Below are positions 62,601 through 64,000 of a stretch of 64,000 nt of DNA, one piece after another. Location: NCBI GenBank assembly GCA_000708835.1, contig DF237197.1:60496-124495 (forward strand), in the 5' to 3' direction. The notes beneath the pieces were generated by a model. It did not search any database. It had not been told where the DNA came from and saw only the letters and a list, made by a program, of their open reading frames with translations. The number at the start of each line of letters is the position of its first letter. Within the stretch, counting starts at the first letter, position 1. The position numbers and the translations under genes were made by a program. The stretch comes from Klebsormidium nitens. Its lineage: Eukaryota; Plantae; Klebsormidiophyceae.

Positions 62601-63624
62601 TACATGCATCAGCGCAACACCTGAATCTGAAGGCAGGGCGTTGATGCTTCACGGCGTCTTTGTGCTTTCTTACGAGTCTTTGTGCTTGATTGCAATTGCG
62701 CTTGTCCGCGCGGCGTCTTTCAAAGGAGTCCCGGTTAGAGGCAGACGTTCTTTGACTCAAGGGATGCCAGTACGAATTCGACCGAACAGTCTAAATTGTT
62801 CTTTGCAGGGGCTAGGTCACTCGACGCCCATCGTCAAGGGCTTCTTGGATGACATCTTCAACGAGGACCGAGCGTTGATCGACTTCATGCAGAGGCTCTG
62901 GGGGTATGCCATCAAAGGACGTACCTCGGAGGAGATCATTGTGTTCTTACTCGGAAGCGGCGGTACGTCTTTCCCTCCTTTGGCTCCGATTGTCTTCGTC
63001 CAACTGCTCCTTTTATTCTTTCGGCCGTGTTTGTCAACTGAGATCGATGGCGCGAACGTGTCTTAGTATCCGAGTTTTGGACGCACGTTTCCAGGTCGAC
63101 CCCTCTGCTGACGTGAGCAAAGTTTCCACAAAAATTCCCCTGTGACTGGTGGTGAGAAGATGCTTTAGTGTCCCCACTTTGTAACACACCTTCTGTGCAT
63201 CCTTTTAAATTGTAGGTCCGAGTCCTAGGCTCAGCCTAGGACAATAGATTTCGACCCCCNNNNNNNNNNNNNNNNNNNNGACCTGAATCTGAAGGCAGGG
63301 CGTTGATGCTTCACGGCGTCTTTGTGCTTTCTTACGAGTCTTTGTGCTTGATTGCAATTGCGCTTGTCCGCGCGGCGTCTTTCAAAGGAGTCCCGGTTAG
63401 AGGCAGACGTTCTTTGACTCAAGGGATGCCAGTACGAATTCGACCGAACAGTCTAAATTGTTCTTTGCAGGGGCTAGGTCACCCGACGCCCATCGTCAAG
63501 GGCTTCCTGGACGACATCTTCAACGAGGACCGAGCGTTGATCGACTTCATGCAGAGGCTCTGGGGGTATGCCATCAACGGACGTACCTCGGAGGAGATCA
63601 TTGTGTTCTTACTCGGAAGCGGCG
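56642..63624 (+). CDS. Spliced Prim-Pol (AEP-type bifunctional primase/polymerase) + D5/P4-type SF3 primase-helicase; incomplete at both ends
   Basis: Exons 56642-56755, 57146-57766, 58410-58749 and 59417-60072 join in phase; then a gap; then 61908-62307 and 62809-62962 (copy at 63471-63624). Prim-Pol motifs: ALDVDTKDGG, GRHFFF, LDMRGEGGMLFVGPS, YEW..LPPWL. D5_N: LDSNPDILNVQNGVINLRTGELDIHRPEYLCTK. Helicase lead-in: FMQRLWGYAIKGRTSEEIIVFLLGSG, with an intron inside Walker A. Confidence 0.85.
56872..57038 (-). repeat. Two inverted copies of the GTGTCCGA-(43 bp)-TGACGTCA intronic repeat
   Basis: aaagtcggacact (56912) and aaactcggacact (57026) pair with tgacgtta (56872) and tgacgtca (56987); period ~114. 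Confidence 0.75.
57931..58200. repeat. Cluster of six TGTACA palindromes within a degenerate ~40-bp repeat
   Basis: TGTACA at 57932, 57974, 58010, 58115, 58159 and 58194; three are followed by aatcgcc. Confidence 0.7.
60382..60904. other. Assembly gap
   Basis: Run of N between the Prim-Pol and D5_N exons; may hide a linker/PriCT exon. Confidence 1.
60921..61790 (+). repeat. Array of ~105-bp degenerate repeats (GTGTCC...TGACGTCAGCA) interrupted by a viral-domain remnant
   Basis: GTGTCC/TGACGT pairs at 60926/60969, 61095/61139, 61206/61249, 61623/61666 and 61725/61768; a truncated unit at ~61305. Confidence 0.9.
61352..61594 (-). pseudogene. Remnant of an NCLDV-type KilA-N-like DNA-binding domain
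   Basis: TWQQLSKTYPEFQTRCLKLRINGKGKETPVADPAMLIEIAWLVGEGRSSDLRRKGADQVRRLLGGDLTLIEEIERRH resembles the recalled giant-virus motif TPVADA.TLVEI.WLLPG..A..FRR.SA..V.R.LGGDL.LV.EIE..H. It has no clear start or splice context of its own. Confidence 0.65.
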
Positions 63625-63921
63625 GTATGTCTTTCCCTCCTTTGGCTCCGATTGTCTTCGTCCAACTGCTCCTTTTTTTCTTTCGGCCGTGTTTGTCAAC
63701 TGAGATCAATGGCGCGAACGTGTCTTAGTATCCGAGTTTTGGACGCACGTTTCCAGGTCGACCCCTCTGCTGACGTGAGCAAAGTTTCCACAAAAATTCC
63801 CCTGTGACTGGTGGTGAGAAGATGCTTCAGTGTCCCCACTTTTTAACACACCTTCTGTGCATCCTTTTAAATTGTAGGTCCGAGTCCTAGGCTCAGCCTA
63901 GGACAATAGATTTCAACCCCC
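62619..63921. repeat. Two ~640-bp copies (offset 662) containing the helicase Walker-A lead-in exon, separated by a 20-N gap
   Basis: 62619-63259 vs 63281-63921 differ at about 10 positions by manual count, including S/P and K/N codon changes. Confidence 0.95.
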
Positions 63922-64000
63922 TTGGATGACGTCAGCAGCCATTCCCTGCACTTTTTGCTTGTAATTGATGGCGCGAAGGTGTCCAAGTGTCCGAGTGTTT
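63055..64000 (+). repeat. Further copies of the bipartite intronic repeat; array continues past window end
   Basis: gtatccgag/tgacgtga at 63066/63109 and 63728/63771; tgacgtcagcagcc at 63927; gtgtccaagtgtccgag at 63979. Confidence 0.75.

Larger units (their letters stand above)
53100..64000 (+). mobile_element. Putative endogenised viral / self-replicating element carrying the primase-helicase
   Basis: Inferred from the virus/plasmid-type replication gene, viral domain remnant, repeat arrays and recent duplications. No capsid, integrase, TIR or TSD was seen, and boundaries are a guess. Confidence 0.35.

Overview
Eukaryotic nuclear DNA with GC-rich exons and GT-AG introns. It is most consistent with a flagellate-capable streptophyte green alga such as Klebsormidium; this is inferred from a nuclear plastid EF-Tu, a PAP8/pTAC6 homolog and a ciliogenesis gene. 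The left ~44 kb holds eight spliced housekeeping genes: a CPLANE1-like gene (minus, running off the left edge), mitoribosomal mS23, a small RGG/FoP-duplication protein, pTAC6/PAP8, ALG5, plastid tufA, a bestrophin-like channel and COQ3. From ~44 kb the region is repeat-rich and gapped. It contains a Crinkler-like coiled-coil/REase-like/kinase gene and a spliced, virus/plasmid-type Prim-Pol + D5/P4 SF3 primase-helicase gene with intact Prim-Pol catalytic motifs. The introns of the primase-helicase gene carry a bipartite repeat with near-fixed 43-bp spacing, an antisense remnant of a giant-virus-type KilA-N-like domain, and recent tandem duplications. Gene models were built by hand from splice sites and phase consistency. 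Protein identifications rest on recalled family motifs, not database searches.
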